Shown one piece after another: positions 54,030 to 63,167 of a DNA stretch of 64,000 bases. This stretch comes from [Eubacterium] saphenum. Lineage in GTDB: Bacteria > Bacillota > Clostridia > Peptostreptococcales > Anaerovoracaceae. Under the pieces are notes generated by a model, which made no database searches, was not told where the DNA came from, and saw nothing but the letters and a program-made list of their open reading frames with translations. The first letter of the stretch is position 1. The number at the start of each line of letters is the position of its first letter. The stretch lies in assembly GCA_004555725.1 (NCBI GenBank), contig SFHC01000012.1:89-64088 (forward strand). Reading direction: 5' to 3'. The translations under genes and the position numbers were made by a program.

Positions 54030-55210
54030 CCGCTCTCCCAAGTCTGAAAAAAATCCTCCGGCGAATAACACTTCTGTAACGCACGCGCATATTCCCGCAG
54101 CCTGTTCAGCGCGTCCGGCGCCTTCATTCCTTGCGGACATCCTGCGTCAATCACATACCCTGCCCGATCAACCATCCTCTTTGCCTCCTGCAATTCTTCC
54201 TTCCCCGGCAGGCAGAAAGGCGGTACGCTTACAGTGTTCACTGCCGTTTCCCTGGCCAGATGATAATCTGCATCCAGTTCACTCAGCAGCCCTGCAGAAA
54301 ACGGAATGCCCAGTTTCTGAAGCTTTCGGTAGACTGGAATGCCCGTTCCGCCCATAGACAAAACGACCACCTTGTCCAAGTCTTCCTTTTGTCCCTGCTG
54401 AACCTGCATTTCCTGCGGCGCGGCAAACTCAACGGTACTGAACAACGCATCATAATAGCCGTTCTGCATTCCGTACAGCTGCTGTATCGTCTCCCGGCGA
54501 AACACGGTTTCCGGCGGACCGGCCTGTATAATTTTCTGTTCCCCGACACAGACCACAAGATCCGACACTTTCTGCGCCAGATCGATTTCATGCAGCGACA
54601 TCAGAACCGTCATCCCCCTGCTTCTGGTCATTCTCTGCAGAACCGACAGCAGCTCCAGTTTATACTTGATGTCAAGATAAGACGTCGGCTCGTCCAGAAC
54701 CAGCAGCTTCGGCTCCTGACAAAGCGCACGCGCAAGGAGAATCCTCTGTTTCTGCCCGTCACTGATCTGCAGAAAATCACAGTCTGCAATAGCCTCCGCA
54801 TGGACATCATGCAGTGCCTGGTTTACCTTAAGTTCATCCACATCGGATAAGAGCCCAAATGCGCCGGTATACGGATACCGTCCAACCGCAACAATATCCC
54901 TGCACGTCAGAAGCTCCGGGTTCACCCTCTCGGTCAGCACAGCCGCCATTCTCTGCGCCGCTTCCCGCTGCGAGTACGCGCTCAGGCTGCGTCCAAAAAG
55001 CTGGATGTCCCCGGAAATGACCGGGAGCTCCCTTGTAATACTCTTCAAGAGCGTAGATTTCCCTGCTCCATTTGGCCCGATCAGCGTTGTGATTCTTCCA
55101 GCCGGAATCTCAAGATTCACCGGCCCCAGCACCCGTTTATGCCCGTACCCGACACATACAGAACGGAGGACAAGGGCAGTCTGACACGTTCCTTCGAGAC
55201 CACTATCCAT
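54014..55210 (-). CDS. ABC transporter ATP-binding protein (FecE/BtuD type) with ~140-aa C-terminal extension
   Basis: Start moved to ATG 55210 (RBS AAGGAGG). Walker A GPNGAGKST, signature ISDGQKQRILLARAL, Walker B LLVLDEPTSYLD. Residues from about 260 to 398 lie outside the ABC fold. Confidence 0.85.
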   Translation of the reverse strand: MDSGLEGTCQTALVLRSVCVGYGHKRVLGPVNLEIPAGRITTLIGPNGAGKSTLLKSITRELPVISGDIQLFGRSLSAYSQREAAQRMAAVLTERVNPELLTCRDIVAVGRYPYTGAFGLLSDVDELKVNQALHDVHAEAIADCDFLQISDGQKQRILLARALCQEPKLLVLDEPTSYLDIKYKLELLSVLQRMTRSRGMTVLMSLHEIDLAQKVSDLVVCVGEQKIIQAGPPETVFRRETIQQLYGMQNGYYDALFSTVEFAAPQEMQVQQGQKEDLDKVVVLSMGGTGIPVYRKLQKLGIPFSAGLLSELDADYHLARETAVNTVSVPPFCLPGKEELQEAKRMVDRAGYVIDAGCPQGMKAPDALNRLREYARALQKCYSPEDFFQTWESGWKNM

Positions 55211-56381
55211 GGCGCAACCTCCTTCTCTGCAGCATGATGTACAGCACGATCGGCGCTCCAAAGATCGACGTAACCGTGCTGATGTTCAGCTCCGTCGGAG
55301 CAAATGCCGTCCGCGCGATCAGATCACAGACCATGCAGAACAGCGATCCCGTCAGAAACGAAGCCGGTATAACCAGAATCGGTCTGGATGTCCCGAGCAT
55401 TTGCTTGGCCAGAAACGGAACAGCGATTCCAACGAAAGAGATCGGACCTGCAAATGCCGTCACACATCCGGACAGCAAACTCGACAGGAGAATAATCTCT
55501 GCCCGAAAACGCTTTACATTAACACCCATGCTTGCCGCATACGCCTCTCCCAGCTGATAAGCGCCAATCGGCTTGGAAAGCAGGAACGTCAAAACCGACG
55601 CAGCAAGGACAATCATCCCGGAAACCCGCACATCCTGCCAGCTCATGCCGGAAAACGACCCCATTGACCATCCGTGCAGATTGACGACATCGGAATCTTT
55701 TGCAAACGTCGTCAGAAAATCCGTTGCCGCGCTGCAGATGTATCCGATCATGATTCCGGCAAGCAGCAGCGCCGCTGAATTCTTGATCCACTGCGAAAAC
55801 AGCAGCACCAGCCCTGTCGCCGCAAGCGCTCCGAGAAACGCCGCCGTCACAAGCACTCCGGAACCGAGCTGCGGAATGCGGGTGATCAGGAGAATCATCA
55901 CAATTGCGACCGCAAGCTTGGCGCCGGACGAAATCCCCAGCACAAAAGGCCCTGCTATTGGATTTTCAAAGAACGTCTGGAGCAGAAAACCGGCAAGCGC
56001 GATCGCCCCTCCAAGCATCATGCCTGTCAGGATTCTCGGAAGCCGGATCGTCCATATAATATTGAGGACATCAGCCCTTCCAGTTTTGAAAATTACAGCT
56101 TTGATCAGCTCCGGAACAGAAATCCGGACATTTCCGGTATTGACAGAGATAACCGTCACAGCACCGAGCGCCAGAAACAGCAAAAGAAAGACTGCCGTAT
56201 AGCGCGACCGCCTTCTTTTCTTTGTTCTTCTCCAATGAAAATTATTTCTGCTGCCGGCACTCAAATTCTGCCCGGCAGATTCAATATCTGTCAGTTTTGA
56301 TTCCGTTCTCTGTTGTCCTGTATTTCTGCCTTCCAAGAGGCCTGTTTCCTTTCCTATTTCTTTTTGTCCTCTGTCACTCAC
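55203..56381 (-). CDS. ABC transporter permease, FecCD/BtuC family
   Basis: 392 aa (GTG start in the track; the true start is uncertain). IRLPRILTGMMLGGAIALAGFLLQTFFENPIAGPFVLGISSGA is typical of FecCD. It overlaps the ATPase start by 8 nt. Confidence 0.85.
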   Translation of the reverse strand: MSDRGQKEIGKETGLLEGRNTGQQRTESKLTDIESAGQNLSAGSRNNFHWRRTKKRRRSRYTAVFLLLFLALGAVTVISVNTGNVRISVPELIKAVIFKTGRADVLNIIWTIRLPRILTGMMLGGAIALAGFLLQTFFENPIAGPFVLGISSGAKLAVAIVMILLITRIPQLGSGVLVTAAFLGALAATGLVLLFSQWIKNSAALLLAGIMIGYICSAATDFLTTFAKDSDVVNLHGWSMGSFSGMSWQDVRVSGMIVLAASVLTFLLSKPIGAYQLGEAYAASMGVNVKRFRAEIILLSSLLSGCVTAFAGPISFVGIAVPFLAKQMLGTSRPILVIPASFLTGSLFCMVCDLIARTAFAPTELNISTVTSIFGAPIVLYIMLQRRRLRHG

Positions 56382-56444
56382 CAGATAATACTACCATAAA
56401 TCACAGTTTTTTTCCCGGTGATCTTGCATTATAGAAGAAACCTA

Positions 56445-57242
56445 TCAGGAAATGCGGAAGTGACCGATAATCTCCTTCTCCTTTTTTGGCAAAATATCCT
56501 GGATGTAGCTCTTCTGATTCGGCTTGCCGTTATGGATAATGTACGCAATTCCGTTCTTGTCTCTCTCAGCTGAAACTACACCGATGTGTTCTTTAAAGAC
56601 GACAATATCGCCGCCCTGCCATTGATCCGTATCATGAATGTCCGTCGTCAATGATTTTGCATGGTGCTTGAAATAGACGTACAGATTTTCCACACGCCGA
56701 AAATCAATATTGGAATCCGGAACCGAAATCGACGTATACCAGCCCGGATGCTTTTCCACGTCCTTGTTCACCAGCGTATGCATGTTATATCCGGCATTCA
56801 GAAGCGCATAATTCACCACATCCGTGCATACGCCATACTCATCCGTCGGCCAGCCGCCCTGGTAATATTCACTCTTGTACTTCGGATTTGTCTTCACATA
56901 TTTCAAAGCGCCCTGCAGAATTTCTGTCTGATCATCCACCCCGTCGTTATTCTTATCCACTTTTGATTTATATTCATTTGCAGAAGAATCCTTGTATGAC
57001 CTTTTTGAGAAAACCGATGTATGCCTGATGTTCCCCCCGCTGCTGCCAGCCGAAGTCATCACCCTATGTGCAAGGCCTCCTGCTGCAGTTCCCAGAAGCA
57101 GCGCCACCAGAAGCATTCTGATCAGCATACGCCGATGTCTCCTTTTTCTTGCTGTACGGATCCGCAGCAAACGATCCTCTCGCTCCTTCCTGTCCTTCTT
57201 TATCTTTGATTCCTGTTCATCATCTATATGTAAATTGTTCAT
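56445..57242 (-). CDS. DUF1287 domain protein with N-terminal membrane anchor
   Basis: Probable start MNNLHIDDEQ at 57242 (the track start at 57311 is GTG). TM segment MLIRMLLVALLLGTAAGGL. C-terminal GVCTDVVNYALLNAGY...GDIVVF...HIGVV is typical of DUF1287. Confidence 0.7.
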   Translation of the reverse strand: MNNLHIDDEQESKIKKDRKEREDRLLRIRTARKRRHRRMLIRMLLVALLLGTAAGGLAHRVMTSAGSSGGNIRHTSVFSKRSYKDSSANEYKSKVDKNNDGVDDQTEILQGALKYVKTNPKYKSEYYQGGWPTDEYGVCTDVVNYALLNAGYNMHTLVNKDVEKHPGWYTSISVPDSNIDFRRVENLYVYFKHHAKSLTTDIHDTDQWQGGDIVVFKEHIGVVSAERDKNGIAYIIHNGKPNQKSYIQDILPKKEKEIIGHFRIS

Positions 57243-57613
57243 CTTACGATAATTCTCCCTGATATCTGTAATCGATAGTTCTGCGCATCGAACCGCCCTA
57301 TGGCGATTCACTGACGTTCCGCACGATCATCATCGCCGACTGACAGTGTAGCCTCCTGCACGGCTGATCCATATTATACCGGCACTATTTGAAAAGCATG
57401 TGACAATCGAATCATTTTTCCGCACATATCCCCATACAATCTGATCGCATTCTCATTCAAACAAACACAGAAGAATTTAAACATTCCTTTGATTCGGTTT
57501 ACATTCATCGTCTGGTATGCTAATCTGAACGTATCAGGAGGTGAAAGCAGGAAAACTCCGCATACCAATCCCGCCAGAGGATAAGACCCGCCGCGGAGTC
57601 TGCTGTATAGATA

Positions 57614-57718
57614 TGGATAAGAAAAAAACAGCACTGATCGTCAGCACAATCGCAGCTATCACTGCAGCGCTCGCAACACTGTGTGTAGTCATCACAAAGA
57701 AAAAACGCGGCGCGTAAT
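57614..57718 (+). CDS. possible 34-aa single-TM peptide
   Basis: MDKKKTALIVSTIAAITAALATLCVVITKKKRGA, below the track size cut-off. Followed directly by a strong hairpin terminator. The RBS is weak (GGAG 14 nt upstream). Confidence 0.3.
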
Positions 57719-57758
57719 AAAACAGCCTCGGCGGACACCCTGCCGAGGCTGTTTTATT
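57717..57758. terminator. bidirectional-looking hairpin terminator
   Basis: Stem ACAGCCTCGGC / GCCGAGGCTGT, flanked by AATAAA on one side and TTTTATT on the other. Confidence 0.55.
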
Positions 57759-57864
57759 ACGATGGACTAAATTTACAGTCAAATTTAGAGAATACGTATC
57801 TCATCAAAATGGAAAGGGACTGCTGAGATGAACTCGAGAGACAGCCTGCGAATGAATACATATA

Positions 57865-57922
57865 TAAAAAAGCCCAAAGACCTTCTGTGATGACGGAATC
57901 AATCATCACAAAGAGGCCTTTG
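57865..57922 (-). terminator. rho-independent terminator of the GntR gene
   Basis: Minus strand reads GGCCTCTTTGTGATGA...TCATCACAGAAGGTC, followed by TTTGGGCTTTTTT. Confidence 0.55.
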
Positions 57923-57970
57923 CGGCTGAAGTAATCCTGTTTCCATAAGCATTTTTCAAACAGTATCGCA

Positions 57971-58702
57971 TTATACTGCGTTATCGACTTGCTGTTCTGC
58001 AAGTTGTTCCTCAAAATATGTACCCCGTACTTTCTCAAACAGATGATCCGTATCGCCGTCGCGCATTGTGTCTAACAGTTTCTGATGCGCATCCAGCAAT
58101 TTATCCGTTTCTCCCAGCTGTACCATAGTTGAAACGGTCTCAAACCGAAGGGCATACGTCAGTGAACGCACAACCCGGTTGATTTTGTCTGCCATAGGGT
58201 TTCTGGCCATTTCAGCGATTTTATCATGAAAACGGTTGTCCGCCTGAAAAATCTCTTCTATGTCCTTCTTCACCATTGCAGCTTTCATTTCGCCAAGCAG
58301 ATCCTCAAGCTCGTCAAGATCTTTTTCATTATGGTGAAGGATTGCAAGGTGAATCATCCCGACTTCTGTCATCTCCCGGAGATCCATCAGATTCTCAAAT
58401 GAATCCTGATGAAGGATAATGCCGTAAACCATCGGATCGATCATGCTTTCATTATATCCATCGCAAATGAATGTCCCTTCTGCTCGTTTGCTTTCAAGAA
58501 CGCCCATATAGGTCAGAATTTTGATTGCCTCCCGGACACTACTCCTCGCTACACCAAGCGATTCCGCCAGCTCCGGCTCTGTCGGTATTTTATCTCCAGG
58601 CTTTAATTCGCCTGCGCGCATCGCATCAGTAAGACAGTTGATTACGCTTTGTACGACAGACTCCCTTTTTATACTTTTCAGGTATGAAGGTGTTCTGCTC
58701 AT
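57971..58702 (-). CDS. GntR family transcriptional regulator, FadR/FCD subfamily
   Basis: 243 aa. Winged HTH PTEPELAESLGVARSSVREAIKILTYMGVLESKRAEGTFI. All-helical C-terminal FCD-like domain. Confidence 0.85.
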   Translation of the reverse strand: MSRTPSYLKSIKRESVVQSVINCLTDAMRAGELKPGDKIPTEPELAESLGVARSSVREAIKILTYMGVLESKRAEGTFICDGYNESMIDPMVYGIILHQDSFENLMDLREMTEVGMIHLAILHHNEKDLDELEDLLGEMKAAMVKKDIEEIFQADNRFHDKIAEMARNPMADKINRVVRSLTYALRFETVSTMVQLGETDKLLDAHQKLLDTMRDGDTDHLFEKVRGTYFEEQLAEQQVDNAV

Positions 58703-58720
58703 TATAATTTGCCTCCTATG

Positions 58721-58740
58721 ATAATATCATATGATATTAT
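58721..58740. promoter_or_regulatory. perfect 20-bp palindrome ATAATATCATATGATATTAT (candidate operator)
   Basis: Self-complementary over all 20 nt. It lies 4 nt upstream of the GntR gene RBS (GGAGGC at 58717-58712 on the minus strand). Confidence 0.4.
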
Positions 58741-58800
58741 ATCATTTTTCTTAATGTAAATCGAAGAGGAATAGTGACAATATAACAAATTGATATCCTT

Positions 58801-58853
58801 AATAAACACAGAAGCCCCTTCCATCTTGTATCTGCTGGACTGTGGGGCTTCTG
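58801..58853 (-). terminator. rho-independent terminator of the GltS-like transporter gene
   Basis: Stem CAGAAGCCCC / GGGGCTTCTG, followed on the minus strand by TGTTTATT. Confidence 0.6.
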
Positions 58854-58893
58854 TATATATTTCTTTCTTATTTCTATTGCTGTCCGTTAGTCA

Positions 58894-60216
58894 TTACTTT
58901 CTGCCGACAATAAAGCCAAGAAGCAGAGCGGCCGCCAGCAGTCCGAATGTTCCGAGCGCAAGTGACCGGAATCCGGCAGCAGTGACAATGAACATAGGAG
59001 CAATGGTCAGATAGAAGTTCTGCGTACTGATCTGCCAGAGCGGAGTTGCTGCAACCAGGTTCGGGCCGGCATCGGTCTCCATCTCCGGATCGGCGATGCG
59101 GAGAAGCATCATTCCGGTAGCTGTAGAACCGGTCCACGCACCAAACATGACAATCGCGTTCTCAAGCCAGTTCGTTTTCAGCCAAAGTCTCGGCAGAATC
59201 ATCAGAATCGCTGTGGTTAAAAGCAATCCAACAGCTGCGATTGTAAGAATTGCTCCCGCATTATTCAGAATAACGTCCAGCTTCATTGTAGCAATTGCTG
59301 AAGCGATCAAGTACTCCAGGGCAAGTGAACCAATATGTTCCAGAGACTCATTATCGATCAATTCAACCATCGGTGTCTTTTTGACGACTACGCCAAACAC
59401 CAGCGAAACCAGAATGGCAGGAACATAAATTGCAAATCCGGCAAACAGCGGTACCATGTGCAGAATGTACAGCAATCCATAGGAGACCAGCATGATTCCC
59501 AGCACGATTGCGAAGTGCAGTGCCAGCGGATCAAATGCCATGTCTGATGTATAGGCCTGCATGAACTTAAACTGGTGCTCCTTCTTGAGGATGCCTTTGT
59601 ATTCCTCATCTGTAAGATTTCCAGTGTTCTCAGCAACAACCCAGCCTTTGCGGATTCCCAGATTCAGGATTGCAATACCTACGATAACACCATACAGCAT
59701 ACCAAGCGTCGCATATGTGGTTCCAAACGATGACGCAGCATCGTAGCTCCAGTACCCCAGAGTCTTGTAGATTCCTGCAATCGTCTGCGGGATACCATGT
59801 GCGCCGTAGAAACCACCGAACGGAAGCAGAGCCGCTCCATCCGGAAGTCCGAACAGTCTGCCGAGTCCCATTGCAGAAAGCACCTGAGCGGAGATAACTG
59901 TTGCTGAGATCAGGAAGACCAGGAAACACTTCTTGATCATATTCTTATTAAACTTCAATCCGATAAACTGGGTTACAAAAAGGATCGCCAGTAAAGGATT
60001 GGCAAAACTACTTACATTTTCTGACCAGTGAATGTAAACCGGGCAGAATTTTCCCAATACTTCCGGGCCAACCAAAACTCCAAAGAGACCAGCGACAACA
60101 GATACTGGAATAAACAGCTTCTGCAGCACTTTTAACTTTGCTCTGAGAAACATGCCGATCAATAATAACAGACTTGCCCACGAGAAGTCCATCAATATTT
60201 GCTGAAAAACATCCAT
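58894..60216 (-). CDS. sodium/glutamate symporter (GltS/ESS) family-like transporter
   Basis: Start moved to ATG 60216 (MDVFQQILMDF; RBS GAGGAA). 440 aa with about 12 TM helices. The N-terminal LLLLIGMFLRAKLKVLQKLFIPVSVVAGLFG resembles GltS. The substrate is unknown. Confidence 0.65.
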   Translation of the reverse strand: MDVFQQILMDFSWASLLLLIGMFLRAKLKVLQKLFIPVSVVAGLFGVLVGPEVLGKFCPVYIHWSENVSSFANPLLAILFVTQFIGLKFNKNMIKKCFLVFLISATVISAQVLSAMGLGRLFGLPDGAALLPFGGFYGAHGIPQTIAGIYKTLGYWSYDAASSFGTTYATLGMLYGVIVGIAILNLGIRKGWVVAENTGNLTDEEYKGILKKEHQFKFMQAYTSDMAFDPLALHFAIVLGIMLVSYGLLYILHMVPLFAGFAIYVPAILVSLVFGVVVKKTPMVELIDNESLEHIGSLALEYLIASAIATMKLDVILNNAGAILTIAAVGLLLTTAILMILPRLWLKTNWLENAIVMFGAWTGSTATGMMLLRIADPEMETDAGPNLVAATPLWQISTQNFYLTIAPMFIVTAAGFRSLALGTFGLLAAALLLGFIVGRK

Positions 60217-60357
60217 TCTTTTTTCCTCATTTTCTATGCCAGACATAAAGCTCAATAATGTCTGGCTATACTTCTCACACCAGTACTGGAGTCTGTATTC
60301 CTTCCCGGTGTGAGAAGTTAGTGTACCTGACTTTATCGATATCGCTTAGCAGTTCAA

Positions 60358-61290
60358 TTACATTGTCTGTGCAATATCCACAATATGTTCGACTGTAATG
60401 CCGTTCTTAGCGAGCAGTCTTTCGTACGGCGCAGATTCACCAAACTGATCCTGGATACCGACTCTCTTCACCTTTCCTTTGCCCATTTCTGCGGCAACTT
60501 CGCAGACTGCACTGCCAAGGCCGTTAATGATGTTGTGATCCTCGACGGTGATGATCTTTCCGATGTCATTGATGCAATCTCTGACTGCCTTTACATCAAG
60601 CGGTTTGATGGTGTGCATGTCGATCAGTCTGCAGGAAATACCCTTTTCTTCCAGAACCTTAGCAGCCTTCATTGCAATAGAAACCGTGTCTCCGTTTGCG
60701 ATGATTGCGACGTCTTTACCATCCTGGATCTGGTGAGCTTTACCAATCTCGAACTCTACATCCGGACCGTAGATCTGTTCCATATCGTCACGAGTAAATC
60801 TAAGATACATCGGACCATATGTTTCCGCTGCGGCGCGCACCAGCTTGCGAGCCTGATTGTAATCCGCCGGCATCATGATCGTGATATTCGGAATTGTTCT
60901 CAGAATACCCATATCCTCAATTGCCTGGTGAGAAGCACCGTCATTCGCCGGTGTTACACCGCCATGAGAGCAGGCAATTTTTACGTTCAAATTTGTGTAA
61001 CAGATTTCCTGGCGGATCATTTCACAGATACGCATGGATCCGAATGCTGCGTAGGTAACTACGAACGGAACCTTTCCGCATGTTGCCAGTCCTGCTGCAA
61101 CACCTGCACCGTTCTGTTCCGCAATACCGACGTTCACATACTGGTCCGGAAGCTGCTTTCTGAACTCTGTAGTTTTACAACTCTTGCCGATATCGATATC
61201 AAGAACAACGACTTCCGGATGGTCTTTTCCTACCTCTACTATCTCATCGCCAAAACCGTTACGTGTAGCGATTTTCTTCAGTTCGCTCAT
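60358..61290 (-). CDS. transketolase, C-terminal (pyrimidine-binding) subunit
   Basis: Start moved to ATG 61290 (RBS AGGAGG). NVGIAEQNGAGVAAG block. 310 aa. Confidence 0.9.
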   Translation of the reverse strand: MSELKKIATRNGFGDEIVEVGKDHPEVVVLDIDIGKSCKTTEFRKQLPDQYVNVGIAEQNGAGVAAGLATCGKVPFVVTYAAFGSMRICEMIRQEICYTNLNVKIACSHGGVTPANDGASHQAIEDMGILRTIPNITIMMPADYNQARKLVRAAAETYGPMYLRFTRDDMEQIYGPDVEFEIGKAHQIQDGKDVAIIANGDTVSIAMKAAKVLEEKGISCRLIDMHTIKPLDVKAVRDCINDIGKIITVEDHNIINGLGSAVCEVAAEMGKGKVKRVGIQDQFGESAPYERLLAKNGITVEHIVDIAQTM

Positions 61291-61303
61291 TTTCGTCCTC
61301 CTG

Positions 61304-62140
61304 TTAGTCAATCAGCTGTGCCTTAAGTTCTGCCATTGCCTGCGCGTATTCTTCGTCGTTCGGTGCCTTTCCGTGCCAGCCGCATTCATTCTCCATGTAG
61401 CTGACGCCCTTTCCCTTGACTGTTTTGCCGATCAGCGCCTTTGGCTTTCCGTTCAAGGAAGCATAGCACTTATCGATTACCTCACAGGTCTGCTCCATAT
61501 CATTACCATCATAGTTGAACACTTCCCATCCGAAGGCCTCGAACTTCTTCCCGAGATCTCCGTTAGGCATTACTTCATCCGTTGTTCCATCGAGCTGAAG
61601 ATTATTCACATCTACAAACATAATCAGATTATCCAGCTCATATTTATGCGCAGTATTGGCAGCTTCCCAGATCTCGCCTTCCTGTGCTTCTCCGTCTCCG
61701 ACAACGACGAAAACCTTATAATCCTTCTTATCCATTTTTCCTGCGAGTGCCATTCCAACTCCGCAGGCAAGGCCCTGACCCAGTGAACCTGTGGAAATAT
61801 CAATACCCGGGCACTTAACCATGGAAGGATGACCCTGAAGCTTGGAACCTTCTTTACGAAGTGTGTCCAGCTCCTCCTCCGGAAAATATCCCAGTGTAGC
61901 AAGGCACGCGTACTGGATCGGGCAGACGTGGCCTTTTGACAGGATCAACCGATCGCGATCTTCCCATCTAGGATTTTTCGGATCTACGTTCATGTACTTG
62001 AAGTAGCATGCAGTTACGAACTCTGCTGCAGACAATGAACCACCCGGATGACCGGACTGCGCTTTATAAATCATATCGATGACCTTCATGCGCATTTCTG
62101 TTGCTTTATTCTTCAGGTCTTTTACTGAAATGTCTTTCAT
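61304..62140 (-). CDS. transketolase, N-terminal (TPP-binding) subunit
   Basis: Start moved to ATG 62140 (RBS GGAGGAA). SGHPGGSLS and VVGDGEAQEGEIWEA motifs. 278 aa. Confidence 0.9.
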   Translation of the reverse strand: MKDISVKDLKNKATEMRMKVIDMIYKAQSGHPGGSLSAAEFVTACYFKYMNVDPKNPRWEDRDRLILSKGHVCPIQYACLATLGYFPEEELDTLRKEGSKLQGHPSMVKCPGIDISTGSLGQGLACGVGMALAGKMDKKDYKVFVVVGDGEAQEGEIWEAANTAHKYELDNLIMFVDVNNLQLDGTTDEVMPNGDLGKKFEAFGWEVFNYDGNDMEQTCEVIDKCYASLNGKPKALIGKTVKGKGVSYMENECGWHGKAPNDEEYAQAMAELKAQLID

Positions 62141-62177
62141 AGTTTTTCCTCCGCTATATATTACAAGATCGATATAA

Positions 62178-63116
62178 TTATCTTCCAAGGTAGAGGGACT
62201 GCTTTGCAAGAACAAGGTTGAGAATCATGTCATTGCAAGGTGTTGGGATGCCATACTTCTTTCCAAGTTCAGACACGGCACCATTGATGATGCGGATTTC
62301 TGTCTCACGATGATGTGTTACATCCTGAACCATAGAGCTGATTGTTTCATCTGTCTTAATGGAAACGTCATATGCGTGCTCCAGCTCTGTCTCATAGTCC
62401 AGAGTGCAGCCGCTCGCATTGGCAACCGCGATCGCTTCTTTAATCAGCATCTCAGTTGTATTGTTAGCATACGGATTCTTTTTGATAAAGCCGTTTGGTG
62501 TCTCGAGAAGTGCGCTGACACCGTTAATTGCAACATTGGCCAGAAGTTTATGCCAGATTGCATTGAATACATTCTCGTGAACATCTGTCTCAAGACCGCA
62601 TGCACGGAATGTCTCCGCTGCCTCTTCGACTTTTTCCATCGGAGCCTTTACTGTTCCCATATTTGTCCGGCCGTAACCAGAATGCTTTACATGTCCCGGT
62701 GCAATCGGTGTCGCACCGAAAGCCGTATTTCCGATAATGATCTGCTCTTCAGGTACAACCTTTGCAATCTCATCATAGTTTCCATATCCGTTCTGCAGAC
62801 ACATAACCATCGTATGTTTATCAATCATCGGAAGAGCATTGCGTACCGCATCCTCAAGATACTGGTAATGAACAAATACGATCAGCAGATCTACAACGCC
62901 AATCTCCTTCGGATCTGTCGTTGCAATTGCCGGATGAACGGAAATCGTCTTTCCGTCTCCATGTCCCGGAGCACATTTATCAACCAGAATTCCATCCTTC
63001 TTGATTGCTTCAATGACAGGTGCGTAGGTGTCCAGAACACAAACTTCATTCTTGTCTACCAGATAGCTTGCATAGCAGCTTCCGATTGCTCCACATCCTA
63101 CAAATCCAATTTTCAT
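62178..63116 (-). CDS. ketopantoate reductase (ApbA/PanE) family oxidoreductase
   Basis: Start moved to ATG 63116 (MKIGFVGCGAIGS with GxGxxG; RBS AAAGGAG). 312 aa. Confidence 0.85.
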   Translation of the reverse strand: MKIGFVGCGAIGSCYASYLVDKNEVCVLDTYAPVIEAIKKDGILVDKCAPGHGDGKTISVHPAIATTDPKEIGVVDLLIVFVHYQYLEDAVRNALPMIDKHTMVMCLQNGYGNYDEIAKVVPEEQIIIGNTAFGATPIAPGHVKHSGYGRTNMGTVKAPMEKVEEAAETFRACGLETDVHENVFNAIWHKLLANVAINGVSALLETPNGFIKKNPYANNTTEMLIKEAIAVANASGCTLDYETELEHAYDVSIKTDETISSMVQDVTHHRETEIRIINGAVSELGKKYGIPTPCNDMILNLVLAKQSLYLGR

Positions 63117-63167
63117 AAGCTCATTCTCCTTTTCCTCAGAATTAATTTTAATCACTTTTCCGCATTA

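Noticed and set aside
56382-57620. A second B12 riboswitch at the head of the permease/cbi array
   Set aside because: I read the minus strand here and found no B12-box (no AGGGAA..GGTGAAA..CC or GCCACTG blocks). The region holds only a DUF1287 gene and an unremarkable leader.
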